Part shown: positions 1-11,690 of the stretch, in pieces
Numbering within the stretch: position 1 is the first letter of the stretch
Layout: each line of letters starts with the position of its first letter
Assembly (NCBI RefSeq): GCF_001194135.2
Contig: NC_068991.1
Location: 25,203,719 to 25,267,718, forward strand
Direction of reading: 5' to 3'
Length of the DNA stretch: 64,000 nucleotides
From: Octopus bimaculoides
Taxonomy: Eukaryota
Translations under genes and position numbers: made by a program
Notes under the pieces: generated by a model
Seen by the model: the letters and a program-made list of their open reading frames with translations, nothing else
The model's database searches: none
What the model was told of the DNA's origin: nothing

Positions 1-18
1 CACACATACACACAAATG

Positions 19-20
<2 letters not shown>

Positions 21-58
<38 letters not shown>

Positions 59-181
59 AACATGAATATGTATACATTTGTATACATATACATATATATA
101 TATATATATATATAGATATATATATATATATATACGTACATATATATATGCATATGTATATATACATGTATATACATTTAC

Positions 182-255
<74 letters not shown>

Positions 256-380
256 TTATATAGAGATGTATATGTATACATATACATATATACATGCATT
301 TGCATACATATTCATATCTATATACATGTATACATATATACACACATACACACACAGACATACATATATACATACATGTA
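21..380. repeat. (TA)n / (TATACA)-type compound microsatellite
   Basis: Direct inspection; explains the YIYI and HTHT ORFs. Confidence 0.97.
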
Positions 381-454
381 CTGAAAAACACTGTTTGACC
401 TAAATAAATAAATTAGAATGCAGCCAGGTATTAAGAGAAATCATAAACCTACAA

Positions 455-2868
455 CAGTGGTTCCTAACCTTTTTTCAGCCCAGGGTCCATTTTTTACTTG
501 AAAAAATCTCTAGGGACCACTTCTACTTTTACTTTATGCTGTTCAATTTTCGCACTAAAATACTTAATGTAAAGACAAAATAGTCTATTTACACTTTAAA
601 ATTTATTTTAGCAAACAAAAAATAAAATTTAAAATTTATTTTAGTAAACAAAGATAAACACAAGATATCAAAATCATTTTTCATAAAGTTGTTCATTTTT
701 AGTCCATTCAGCTAGTGACTAGCTTGATATTGGTGTTTCTGACACAAGATATCATAATCAATTTTAATGAACTCATTTAGTCTTAGTCTGATAGTTCCTC
801 TGCTGTTGACATCTAATTTATTTCTTTTTCTACTTAAAATATCTATAACAGCTGAAAATGCAGATTCTACTATCCATGTTGTAGGAAAAGAAATTATGCT
901 TCTACATGGCAAAAAATATTTGGGTGTGATTCCTTTATTGATATGTAGGCAAAGACACCTTCCTTTTCAATTCTTCTCAGTTTCATATTTCTCTTTCAAA
1001 TCCAACAACATTTCAGCCAACTGAAAATTATCATCTCCTGGCTCATAATTTTCTAGGTCTACAAACCAGAGTGGATAATCTATCTTTAATAAATCATTGT
1101 ATATTCTTTCAAAGTCTACATGAAGGCCTTCAAGATGGGCAGTGCATGCAGCAATGCATTCTGATGTAGGAATAGTGATATTAAAATTTTGAAATGATGC
1201 CAAATTTTTTTTTCAAAGTGTTTTTTAACAAAATTTTAATTTCCCTGTATGCCATTTTATCTTCTGAGGACAGCTCTAAGTTAAGCAGATTCACTGTTTG
1301 AAAAATATCACTCAAGTAGAATATTTTTGATTTAAACTCAGAAAGGCTTTCCAAAATTTTCTTAGCTGTATCAACTTGCTTCTTGGAGTTGTAATGAGTC
1401 ATCTGACTCTTGAACATGAGAAAGTTGATTAATGGTTTCCACAAATTCACTAGTCTTTCAAGGCTCAGGCCTTTTGACAACCATCTTACTTCTGTATGAA
1501 GCAATAGAGTTTTAAAATCTCCATCTTCACATAATTGCAAAAAAAAATTTATCATTCACTGAGTTTGATTTGACATAGTTAAATGCATGTATGGCAGTGT
1601 TGAGTGCTTCTTCCATTTGTCCTCCAATATTCTTAGCAATCAAATGCTGTCTGTGGATAATGCAATGTATATAAAAAATGCTAGGAGCAACTGATTTCAT
1701 TCACTTTTCCAGTCATGGCTGCAGCTCCATCTGATGCGATGTTGATCAAATTAGTCAGAGGAATATTTTTATCATTAAAATACTGCATTACTTCATTGAA
1801 TATATCTTCTCCATTAGTAGTTTCAGGCAAACTTTTAATGAATAACATTTCTTCCCTCATATCATCTTCATGGATGAATCTGACATAGACCAGAAGGATA
1901 GCTTGGTGATGAATTGTGCTTATCATCAGCCTGGATAGAAAAATTTGTCTTTTGGAGAATTTCCATAATCTTCTCCTCAACAAAATTAGACATTTCATTC
2001 TGTCTTCTTGTAATTGTGTTATTTGAAAGTGGAATTGTACTCAGAGTAGATGCAGCATCTTTTCCCAGAACCTCATTTGCACAAGCTATCATAGCAGGCT
2101 TGACAAATTTCTCACCGTAAATCTGAGATGCTGCAACCTTGGCAATAATTTCAGAGACCAAATAACTTGGTTTGAGTGTCTTTGCTTTTTCAGTATTTAT
2201 CTTTTTTACAAAATCGGGTAGTTTGATTGGCTGTATTTTCTTTTTAATCTCAAAATATTCTCTACCTTTACCAAGAGATGATAGATACCTTAATTTCTGG
2301 TTCTGTTCCAGCTTAATTTTGTTCATGGAATGATTTGTCATGATGGCATCACATTTAAGACACAGGTTTTAAGTCTACAGATATAAAACCAAACATGATA
2401 AAATCTTCTTTGTAGGTATTCAGTTTTGCCTTTTTAGCAGTTGTTTCAGACATTATTACAACTGATCTTAAAAAAATAAAAATAATAAAGTATTTATTTC
2501 TATAAAATAATAAATACTTTATTTCTATAAATTAAAAGTATCAAATTTATTATTAAACAATATTGTGTAGTGATCTATTAAAAATATCAAATTTATTATG
2601 AAACTGTTGTAATTGTAAAATTTAAATTATGTAATTCTTGATTGTAATATATTATTGATTATATATTATACATTATTGATTCTTATGGAATAATTATTGA
2701 ATTTTGTTTCCTTATTATTATTTTGTCTTCTTATAAATTATTATTAACTAACAGTGTCTTTATTATCAAACAATATTGTATAGATCTGAAATGGTTTCAA
2801 TTTATTTTATGGCTACAAATTCTCTGGGGATCACCAGAAATTCTCTGGGGACATATTGGGAATCACTG
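455..2868 (-). mobile_element. Full-length hAT DNA transposon, Buster/Charlie-type
   Basis: Termini CAGTGGTTCCTAAC (455) and ATTGGGAATCACTG (to 2868) are imperfect inverted repeats. Perfect 8-bp TSD ACCTACAA at 447-454 and 2869-2876, with the central TA typical of Buster targets. Transposase remnants lie inside. Confidence 0.95.
712..2453 (-). pseudogene. Frameshifted hAT transposase
   Basis: Starts MSETTAKKAKL at 2453. Fragments carry SIQADD, SDGAAAMTG, HCIIHRQHL, LLLHTEVRWLSKG, WIVESAFS and a QASH* end, split over at least five reading-frame segments. Confidence 0.92.
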
Positions 2869-3179
2869 ACCTACAACATATGTGATATTGACAACACAGA
2901 CATCAACTAAGACAAATTAATACACTACATAATTTTTTAATTATGCACACATGCATGCATGTGCATACTCTCTCTCTTTTTCTCTCTGTCTCTCTTTGTT
3001 TACAAGCAAAAACAGTCACATGACTATTCTAAAAGAGACAATAGACTTTCTTTTCTAGAAAAGAACAGATGATAGAGGCAAAAACCAGGCTAAGATTCTA
3101 ATATCAGTCAATTCTGTGGATATTGCAGTCAAGTAAGGACAAAAAAACCAAAAAAAACCCAGTTGTGTTGAATATAGAA

Positions 3180-3355
3180 ATGATGATTGCTACCACGATA
3201 GTAATGATGATGGTCGTCATGACAATGAAAATTATAATGATCATGTTGATGAGGAGAATGTTGATGTTAAAAATTACAATGAGAATGAAAAATTGTGATG
3301 ATGATGATGACGATGACAACAACAACAATAACAACAACAACAACAACAACAGCAA
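3180..3355. repeat. Degenerate (GAT)n/(AAC)n trinucleotide tract
   Basis: Direct inspection. Confidence 0.9.
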
Positions 3356-3671
3356 ACAAATGCTAATCGGGTTGTCAAATTGTTTCTGTAAACGCTATAT
3401 AGGGAGACTTATTCTTCAGAAAAGTGATATACATAACTAACATTAAATTTAAATGAATGTCGTTTGTTGATTCATGTAGAATAACACTCATTTCAAATGA
3501 ATTAATTATAATGTTGGAAGACTACGCCTGTGTATATAACCATTATGATTTAAGTAAATAATTCTTTTTACAGAAATCATTAATGATCTCTTTTAAGATG
3601 GATAATTATTAAACTCATTATGTGGGTTAACAGAAGTATCCTGAGCTAATTTGATTAAAAATAGAGTGGTT

Positions 3672-4064
3672 GTAACAGGTCAAAGGGAATTAATCAGCTA
3701 GATTATCTCTTATCCACGTATGACAAATGATAAACAGATACATTATTTACATTATTTACATTATTCACATTATTCACATTATTTACATTATTCACATTAT
3801 TTACATTATTTACATTTGACGGATATTTCTCCTCATCTTGTTTGTTGTTAACACAACGTTTCGGCTGATTTACCCTCCAGCCTTCATCAGGTGTCTTGAG
3901 GAAATTTCGAACCTGGGTTCTCATTCCTAAGGTATTTTTCGATGTTGTTGTTATTATTATTATTATTATTATTATTTAGGTCACTGCTTGGAATCAAACT
4001 CAGAATCTCGGGGTTATGAATTCGATTCCAGGCAGTGACCTGAATAATAATAATGATAATAATG

Positions 4065-4110
<46 letters not shown>

Positions 4111-4353
4111 CAACATCAAAAAATACCTTAGGAATGAGAACCCAGGTTCAAAATTTCCCCAAGACACCTGAAGGCTGGAGGGTATATCAGCTGAAACATG
4201 TTAACAACAAACAAGATGAGGACAAATATCTGTCAGATGTGAATAATGTAAATAATGTGAATAATGTAAATAATGTAAATAATGTATCTGTTTATCATTT
4301 GTCATACGTGGATAAGAGATAATCTAGCTGATTAATTCCCTTTGACCTGTTAC
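3672..4353. mobile_element. Long palindrome (arms about 330 bp, 14-nt spacer) of a Penelope-like, hammerhead-bearing repeat
   Basis: Arm 3672-4002 is the reverse complement of 4017-4353, with indels in internal (AAT)n and 9-bp AATAATGT(A/G) arrays. It contains CTGATGA...GAAACG, typical of Penelope pseudo-LTRs. Confidence 0.8.
3850..3895 (-). ncRNA. Minimal type I hammerhead ribozyme motif
   Basis: Minus strand reads GACAC-CUGAUGA-A-GGCUG(GAGGGUAAAU)CAGCC-GAAAC-GUU-GUGUU: intact core, 5-bp helix II, 5-bp helix I, palindromic ACGU helix III. Predicted cleavage between 3855 and 3854. Confidence 0.8.
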
Positions 4354-4478
4354 TTCTTTTAGGCTATGTACATAATTCCTCATCTCTTAAATAAAGAACC
4401 AGATACATGATTTGTTTATTTCACAAAGATTAGATAAATTGAGCTAAACAGCAGATCTCATTATTTTTCTGCTTGACA

Positions 4479-4665
4479 AAGCTGCATGGCTTAGTGGTTA
4501 GTTTCTTTGACTCTTGATCAGAAGAACATGGAGGTTCAATTCCTGAACTGGTTGGTGCATTGTGTCCCTGAAAAAAAAAAAATCACTTCATTTTCATGTT
4601 GGTCCAGTTCACTCAGCCATGAGTACCAGTTGGGTGCTGATGCAGCCCTCTCTCCCTCCAACTAG
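4479..4665 (+). mobile_element. SINE family D (tRNA-like head, CORE-like centre), degenerate
   Basis: A-box TGGCTTAGTGG, B-box GGTTCAATTCC; similar to copies at 17495 and 39667. Confidence 0.7.
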
Positions 4666-4812
4666 AGGTACATTCTGGATGCACGTACATCAGAGGAATG
4701 TGTGTGTATGTGTGTGTATGTGTGTGTGTGTGTGTGTGTATGTGTGCGTGTGCACGAGTGCATGCGTGCATGTATGTAAGTGTGCGTAAGCGCACACACA
4801 TGCATATGTGTG

Positions 4813-5042
4813 TTATTTCTTTACTACCCACAAAGGGCTACACACAGAGGGGACAAACAAGGACAGACAAACGGATTAAGTCGATTATATCGACCCCAGT
4901 GCGTAACTGGTACTTATTTAATCGACCCCGAAAGGATGAAAGGCAAAGTTGACCTCGGCGGAATTTGAACTCAGAACGTAGCGGCCGACGAAATACCGCT
5001 AAGCATTTCGCCCGGCGTGCTAACGTTTCTGCCAGCTCGTCA

Positions 5043-5043
<1 letters not shown>
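4813..5043 (-). mobile_element. SINE family A (tRNA-like head; centre resembles the MetaSINE domain)
   Basis: Matches other copies: GAGTTCAAATTCCGCCGAGG...GCCTTTCATCCTTTCGGGGTCGAT...AAGTACCAG. Confidence 0.9.
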
Positions 5044-5087
<44 letters not shown>

Positions 5088-5484
5088 TGTGGTGGTGCGT
5101 GTGTGCATAAAGGAAAAGCATTATTTTAAATGAATTGTCTGTCTGCAAGCCTCTGATATTGAAAATTGTGAGAAAGACAACTTCCTGCCTGATATGCCAA
5201 AGTTGTTGTTCATACATCAACGCTGAGCGTTTTCTGGATTACATATAAATTATGAAAGAATGTTACTTTTGAATGAACATTAAGGCTTGTTCAGCGATAG
5301 AGATGGTGATGTGTGTAAGCTGGTAAGCTGGGAAAAAAGAATGTGGTGAATACTTAACTTTCAACTTCCACATCTTTTATGTGTTGTAAGTTTACTTAAT
5401 GAAAACATTTAACCTTTGATAAATTTCTATCAATAAATATTTGTTTGTTTATTACAATAATGAATGCATATTCTATTCCTTTTT

Positions 5485-6092
5485 GGATCTTTGTGGTTTT
5501 CATTACTGTTTATAATTTTGTTCCAATTGTTTTCACATTTGGTATATGGATTAAGTTTTGTATACTAATTATGAAAATGAAATTCAGTTTTCCTATAAAT
5601 CCATAATTAAAAAATTGTTAGCCTTTAAAATTTGCAAAATTTAGGTGTTTTAGCCAATCAGAAGTGAGTATTTTACATATTGATCTGGTGAAAATTTTTA
5701 TTTCCATTGTAACCAAAGCAAAGAAGTTGCACATGTTACATAGCTGATTGTGAAGAACTGTTTCCATAGTAACTAAAGATGCTGTGCATGTGCAGAAGGA
5801 GAAGGAGATACGAGAAAGATAATTTATTTCATAAAATCCAAGTTTAATGTTTTGATATGCCAATGCCCTCCCCGGCCTCTGATGATGGAAGCAGCAGCAA
5901 ATGTGCTGTTTTCTGATTGGCTGAAAATTTTGAAAATGATCAAACTTTGAATACCTGTAGCGTTTTTGCAAAAAATTTTCTAGAATAAATGAATACCAAA
6001 TTCGGATTCAGTGTCAACAATTACATCTATATGATTCATAAAAAAATTTCTTTAAAGGTCATTGTAAACAGTGACGAAAACCACAAAGATCC
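5485..6092. mobile_element. Non-autonomous DNA transposon / MITE with about 31-bp TIRs
   Basis: GGATCTTTGTGGTTTTCATTACTGTTTATAA (5485) against TTGTAAACAGTGACGAAAACCACAAAGATCC (to 6092); no clear TSD. Confidence 0.65.
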
Positions 6093-6427
6093 TCATTTCT
6101 TATTATAAAACACATAATTTACATTAATTTATAGTATACTATACAGTAAATGTGGTTCAGAGCACTGGTTTGGATCATCAGAAATAAGGAGATGAAAGAA
6201 CCATCAGAGGGCTTTGTGATGGATGAAGTAAGATAATGTGAGGTCAGTTGAAACTGATCAGGTGCATAAGTCTCTATTTTGCATTCTCATGTATTAGGGA
6301 GATGGAGAGAGTGAAGCTGCCATTTATATTTTATTATTTATTGATATCATAAAATCATATTGCTTTGCAAATATTCTATTTAATTTGATGTATTAAGACA
6401 TTCAAATATAAAGTGAACTATTAGTAA

Positions 6428-6646
6428 TATTGGTTTCAAATTTTGGTATAAGGCCAACAATTTCGTGGAATTGGATAAGATGATTCCATCAACCCCTGTA
6501 CTCAAATGGTACTTATTTTATCAACCTTGAAAGGATGAAAGGTGAAGTCAACCCCAACAGCATTTGAACTCAGAATGTTAAGTCAGAAGAAATGCCACTA
6601 AGTATTTTGTCTGGCATGATAATGATCCTGCCTGCTCGCTGCCTTG
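6428..6646 (-). mobile_element. SINE family A, diverged
   Basis: Family core present; flanking direct repeat ATTAGTAATATTGG at 6420-6433 and 6653-6666. Confidence 0.85.
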
Positions 6647-6706
6647 TGGACCATTAGTAATATTGGCATGTAGTCAACTGTGAGGCAATGAAGAAGAAGC
6701 ATAAAG

Positions 6707-6928
6707 TATTGGTTTCAAATTGTGGCACAAGGTCAGCAATTTGGGGAGAGTGGGTAAGTCAGTTACATTGACCCTAGTGCTCAACTGGTACCTATTTTAT
6801 CGACCATTGAAAGGGATGAAAGGTAAAGATGACCTTGGCAGAATTTGAACTCAGAATGTAAAGACAGACGAAATGCCACTAAGCATTTTGCCTGGCGTAC
6901 TTATGATTCTGCCAGGTTACTTCCTTAT
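6707..6928 (-). mobile_element. SINE family A
   Basis: Family core present; 12-bp TSD AAGAAGCATAAA at 6694-6705 and 6929-6940. Confidence 0.9.
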
Positions 6929-7491
6929 AAGAAGCATAAAATATTAAAGACACAATTATGATGAAACGATAACTTCCTACCGTGCCATAACTGTACCAAT
7001 ACATGATACTTGAATCAGTGAGTTTACTGGGTATAGCATAGGTAATGAGACAGATGCTGCTCTCTGGTGTTCTACATCTTCTTCAATGACCATGTGTCAA
7101 CCCTATAACTGTGAGTATTATCTTTCTTTAGCATGCTAGTGATATAATGATATCATTGAACCATGCCTCCTCTCAAAGCAAAGTAATTTCTGTCATAGGA
7201 ATACTGCATCATTGTAGAACAGGCATAACTGAACTAGAACCAGTTCACACCGATATACATGAACCAGTCATTAGCTCTGTTTTTGTGTTTTAAATGAGCA
7301 CCAGTTATTTTTCATGGCAGGTATTTCATCTCATAAAAATTTGCTTTGTATGCAACTATATATGTTTGAAAGTGTGTGTGTGTGTGCGCGAGTGCGTGTG
7401 TATGCGTGCGCACAAATGTATTTGGGTGTTACTTTGTTTGCATATATGTTCCTACCCCATCTTCTGCTGTTCAGTGTTTCACTCATAATAC

Positions 7492-7696
7492 TTTGCTAGC
7501 AGAATCAGTAGCACACCGGGCGAAATGCTTAACAGTATTTAATTCATCTTCATGTTCTGAGTTCAAATTCCACTGAGGTCGACTTTGCCTTTCGTCCTTT
7601 CAGGGTCGATGAAATAAGTATCACCTAAATGCTGGGGTTGGTGTAATTCATTATCCTCCTCCAAATTTCAGGCCTTGTGACTATAGCAGAAAAGAT
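7492..7696 (+). mobile_element. SINE family A
   Basis: Head, B-box GAGTTCAAATTCC and core visible. Confidence 0.85.
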
Positions 7697-7942
7697 TGTA
7701 ACTGTATTTTTATGTATCATTCTATGAACTACTGGTGTTATCCACCCTCCTCTCCAACTTCATAAACCCAACAATAATTTAATATATCACTGTAGCTGTA
7801 TATGCATAAGTGTGATTCTTTCAAATGTTATTCCTATGCCACTTCTTATCCCTCTTCATCCACCCTACTACAATGTGATTTGCATCTGTAACTCTATCAG
7901 TAGTCTTTTTTTGGTGATATTGTACCTATCTACTTGCCTGTC

Positions 7943-8335
7943 CAGTGGAGGCGCAATGGCCCAGTGGTTAGAGCAGCGGACTCGCGGTCATAGGATCGTG
8001 TTTCCGATTCCCAGACCGGGCGTTGTGCGTGTTTATTGAGCGAAAACACCTAAAGCTCCACGAGGCTCCGGCAGGGGATGGTGGCAAACCCTGCCGTACT
8101 CTTTCACCACAACTTTCTCACACTTTTACTTCCTGTTTCTGTTGTGCCTGTAATTCAAAGGGTCAGCCTTGTCACACTGTGTCACGCTGAATATCCTTGA
8201 GAAGTACGTTAAGGGCACACGTGTCTGTGGAGTGCTCAGCCACTTGCACGTTAATTTCACGAGCAGGCTGTTCCGTTGATCGGATCACCTGGAACCCTCA
8301 ACGTCGTAAGCGACGGAGTGCCAACAACAACAACA
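7943..8335 (+). mobile_element. SINE family B, full length (about 390 bp, (AAC)n tail)
   Basis: A-box TGGCCCAGTGG, B-box-like TTTCCGATTCCC; 11-bp TSD ACTTGCCTGTC at 7932-7942 and 8336-8346. Confidence 0.95.
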
Positions 8336-8701
8336 ACTTGCCTGTCTAAACTTCTTTGATTTCTCACTCATTCATACCATTTGCTTAACCATCCCCCTCT
8401 TTACTAAATCAATTCTTCGACTTAAGTTTTTCTTTATTTTCTTCACCCACACACAAACAACACATGTGAAGAACCATTACATTCTACACTCCTCGAGACA
8501 AATAAACTTTTATAATTTTCTGATTTTCACCAGTTTCCAAGAAATCCAAGAAGCCATTTACATATTATTACCATAGAAAATAATAAATGCTACAAGCATG
8601 AATCAAAGAGAACACTCTCAGATACACGATGGAAGTGGGGAATAATCTGCAGTCAAGAACAGATCACAAGGCTAATGACTTGAAGAAAAATTTTGGACTA
8701 T

Positions 8702-9060
8702 ATCATCATCATCATCATCATCATCATCATTTAACAGCCATTTTCTATGCTGGCATTGGTTGGACGGTTTGACAGGAGCTGGCCAGCCAGGGAGCTGTCC
8801 AGACTCCATGTTGTCTGTTGTGGCACGATCCTACAGCTGGATGCTCTTCTTAATGCCAACCACTTTACAGAGTGTACTGGGTGCTCTCTATGTGCTACCA
8901 GCATGGTTGTGTTTACGCAGCACCTGCACAAGTGCATTTTACATGGAACTAGCATCTGTAAAAGACAAACTTGTATGTATGGATGACAACAATTTTACGT
9001 GGCTTGATGCATCTCCTCAAGTACAGCAATTCACCATAACTTCCAGTCTCTTGTCATTTC
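8702..9060 (-). mobile_element. Probable RTE-type LINE 3' end with (TGA)n tail
   Basis: (CAT)n on the plus strand followed by GGATGCTCTTCTTAATGCCAACCAC, resembling the RTE 3' UTR motif GGATGCCCTTCC...GCCAAC. Confidence 0.55.
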
Positions 9061-9069
9061 ATACATATA

Positions 9070-9286
9070 CGAGGGGTGCTGAAAAGTTCCTGGGCTTTAA
9101 GTGTATTATGAAAGGCCTGATCAGAGGCCCAACCTTCCTAGTTCTTCTACAGGGCTTAGAAAAACTGAAGGAACACTGCAATAAGTGTGTGAATCTGAGA
9201 GAGGAGTATGTTGAATAAAATCATAATTAGCTGACCCTCCCGTATTTTCTTTTACCAAAAGCTTGGAACTTTTCAGTACTCCTTCG
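9070..9286 (+). mobile_element. Internally deleted mariner (MITE)
   Basis: About 29-bp TIRs CGAGGGGTGCTGAAAAGTTCC / GGAACTTTTCAGTACTCCTTCG, TA on both sides; retains the transposase C-terminus QGLEKLKEHCNKCVNLREEYVE*. Confidence 0.9.
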
Positions 9287-9807
9287 TATATATATATATA
9301 TGTGTATATATATATATATNNNNNNNNNNNNNNNNNNNNNNNNNNNNNNNNNNNNNNNNNNNNNNNNNNNNNNNNNNNNNNNNNNNNNNNNNNNNNNNNN
9401 NNNNNNNNNNNNNNNNNNNNNNNNNNNNNNNNNNNNNNNNNNNNNNNNNNNNNNNNNNNNNNNNNNNNNNNNNNNNNNNNNNNNNNNNNNNNNNNNNNNN
9501 NNNNNNNNNNNNNNNNNNNNNNNNNNNNNNNNNNNNNNNNNNNNNNNNNNNNNNNNNNNNNNNNNNNNNNNNNNNNNNNNNNNNNNNNNNNNNNNNNNNN
9601 NNNNNNNNNNNNNNNNNNNNNNNNNNNNNNNNNNNNNNNNNNNNNNNNNNNNNNNNNNNNNNNNNNNNNNNNNNNNNNNNNNNNNNNNNNNNNNNNNNNN
9701 NNNGGGGGGGGGACGAATACAGGCACACCCACACAAATACACACACACACACACACACACACTTTGTGTGAATGGGAATAGAATAATATATCTGTTGAAT
9801 AAAGTTA

Positions 9808-10168
9808 AAACATGGTCTAGTTTTCACGTTTTTTATTATGGTATTTTAACATTTAAAAAATATTTTGTGATGTTCATAAAGTTCAATTAGCTCTTTCATA
9901 TGTTCGTAGTAATCATCAGATTTTAAAATGTATTTAACTGATGTATTTAACCTCTTAGAATGCTCCAACAAGATGAATTTTTGGAAGATGGTTTTGACCC
10001 ATCTGCATGCAGCTGTCAAGAACTCAGCTGTCAATTAGATACATTTTGAAATCTGATGATTACTACAAACATATGAAAGTGCTAATTGAACTTTATGAAC
10101 ATTATAATTTCTTTTTTAATGTTAAAATACCATGATAAAAAAAAAAACGAGAAAACCAGACCATGTCT
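9808..10168. mobile_element. Foldback MITE, arms about 130 bp, spacer about 88 bp
   Basis: 9811-9942 is the reverse complement of 10030-10165. Confidence 0.8.
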
Positions 10169-10186
10169 AAACTTTATTCAACTTTA

Positions 10187-10339
10187 TACGACAAACGTCT
10201 TTCAGTTTCTGTCTGCCAAATCCACCCACAAGGCTTTGGTTGGCCCAAGGCTATAGTAAAATACACTTGCCCAAGGTATCATGCAGTGGGACTGAACCCA
10301 GAACCATGTGGTTGTGAAGCAAGCTTCTTACCACACAGC

Positions 10340-10345
<6 letters not shown>
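10187..10345 (-). mobile_element. SINE family C head (CORE-like CCTTGGGCAAG)
   Basis: Matches the head at 35954. Confidence 0.8.
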
Positions 10346-10400
<55 letters not shown>

Positions 10401-10414
10401 GCACACACACACAT

Positions 10415-10570
10415 GACAGGCTTCTTTCAGTTTCCATCTACCAAAATCCACTCACAAGGTTTTGTTCAACCTGATGTTATAGTGGAAGACACTCACCCAA
10501 GGTGTCACACAGTGGGAATGAACCTTGAACCATTTGGTTGAGAAGCAAACATTTTAGCACACAGCCACCT
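10415..10570 (-). mobile_element. SINE family C head, diverged
   Basis: Matches the head at 35954. Confidence 0.75.
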
Positions 10571-11404
10571 TTAATGCACTATTATTTCTCTCAAATAACA
10601 TTCGTAATGTTTGAAAAAAAGTGGGTAAAAATGACAGTAATTGTTGTACCGATATATTCACTTTGTATGTTTTGTTTCAATGCAATTAGTTATCACTGTA
10701 TCATGTTTCCCACCCACCAACCAAACAATGCATGCAGAGTTGTGTATTCCAATGTCAAATACATTAAGCTTTCATCAGCTCAAACCACTTAACTCTAAAT
10801 AGGTAATGGGTTTAAATTCATTCCACTGAAGAAGTTGGTAAATAGTTGACAAGAAAGAAGGAAAGAAAGAAAGTATGAATGAATGATGCACACCTACACA
10901 TATATGTATATATAAAGATATACATATATATATATATNNNNNNNNNNNNNNNNNNNNNNNNNNNNNNNNNNNNNNNNNNNNNNNNNNNNNNNNNNNNNNN
11001 NNNNNNNNNNNNNNNNNNNNNNNNNNNNNNNNNNNNNNNNNNNNNNNNNNNNNNNNNNNNNNNNNNNNNNNNNNNNNNNNNNNNNNNNNNNNNNNNNNNN
11101 NNNNNNNNNNNNNNNNNNNNNNNNNNNNNNNNNNNNNNNNNNNNNNNNNNNNNNNNNNNNNNNNNNNNNGTAAATATATACGTATATATACATACTCATA
11201 TGTACATTTTTACTTGTTCGTGTGTGTATGTAGGCACGCACATATACACACACATACAATTGGGTTTCTATGCAGTTTTCTTTGAACGAATTCCTCGCAC
11301 AGACGTTCTTTGGTCCACTAGAGATTCTAGCAGAAAATATAGGTCCGAGTTCCGGAGATGTTAAAAAATACCGCCAGTAGATCACTTGTTATTTTGTTCC
11401 CTTA

Positions 11405-11690
11405 GAACGACGACGAGGATTCCAGCCTGCTCGTGAAATAAAGGTGCATGTAACTGAGCACTCCGCAGACACGTGTACCTTTAACATAGTCCTCAGGGAG
11501 ATTTAGCGTGACACAGAGTGTGACAAGGCTGGCCCTTTAAAATATAGGTACTACTCACTTTGGCAGCTGAGTGGACTAGAGCAATGTGAAATAAAGTGTC
11601 TTGCTCGAGGACACAACGCATCGCCGGGAATTGAACTCACGACTTTACAATCGTGAACCTATACTCTAACCACTAAGATACGCGCCTTCA
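11405..11690 (-). mobile_element. SINE with D-type head and B-type 3' half
   Basis: 11560-11690 matches the D head; 11405-11545 matches the family B 3' domain. Confidence 0.8.

Noticed and set aside
3760-3815. Regular 9-bp repeats giving an NNVNNV peptide
   Set aside because: Simple tandem array without spacers inside the palindromic element; neither CRISPR nor a supported protein.
7943-8020. tRNA-like A-box/B-box sequences at SINE heads
   Set aside because: They lack a complete cloverleaf and continue into SINE bodies with TSDs, so they are not tRNA genes.
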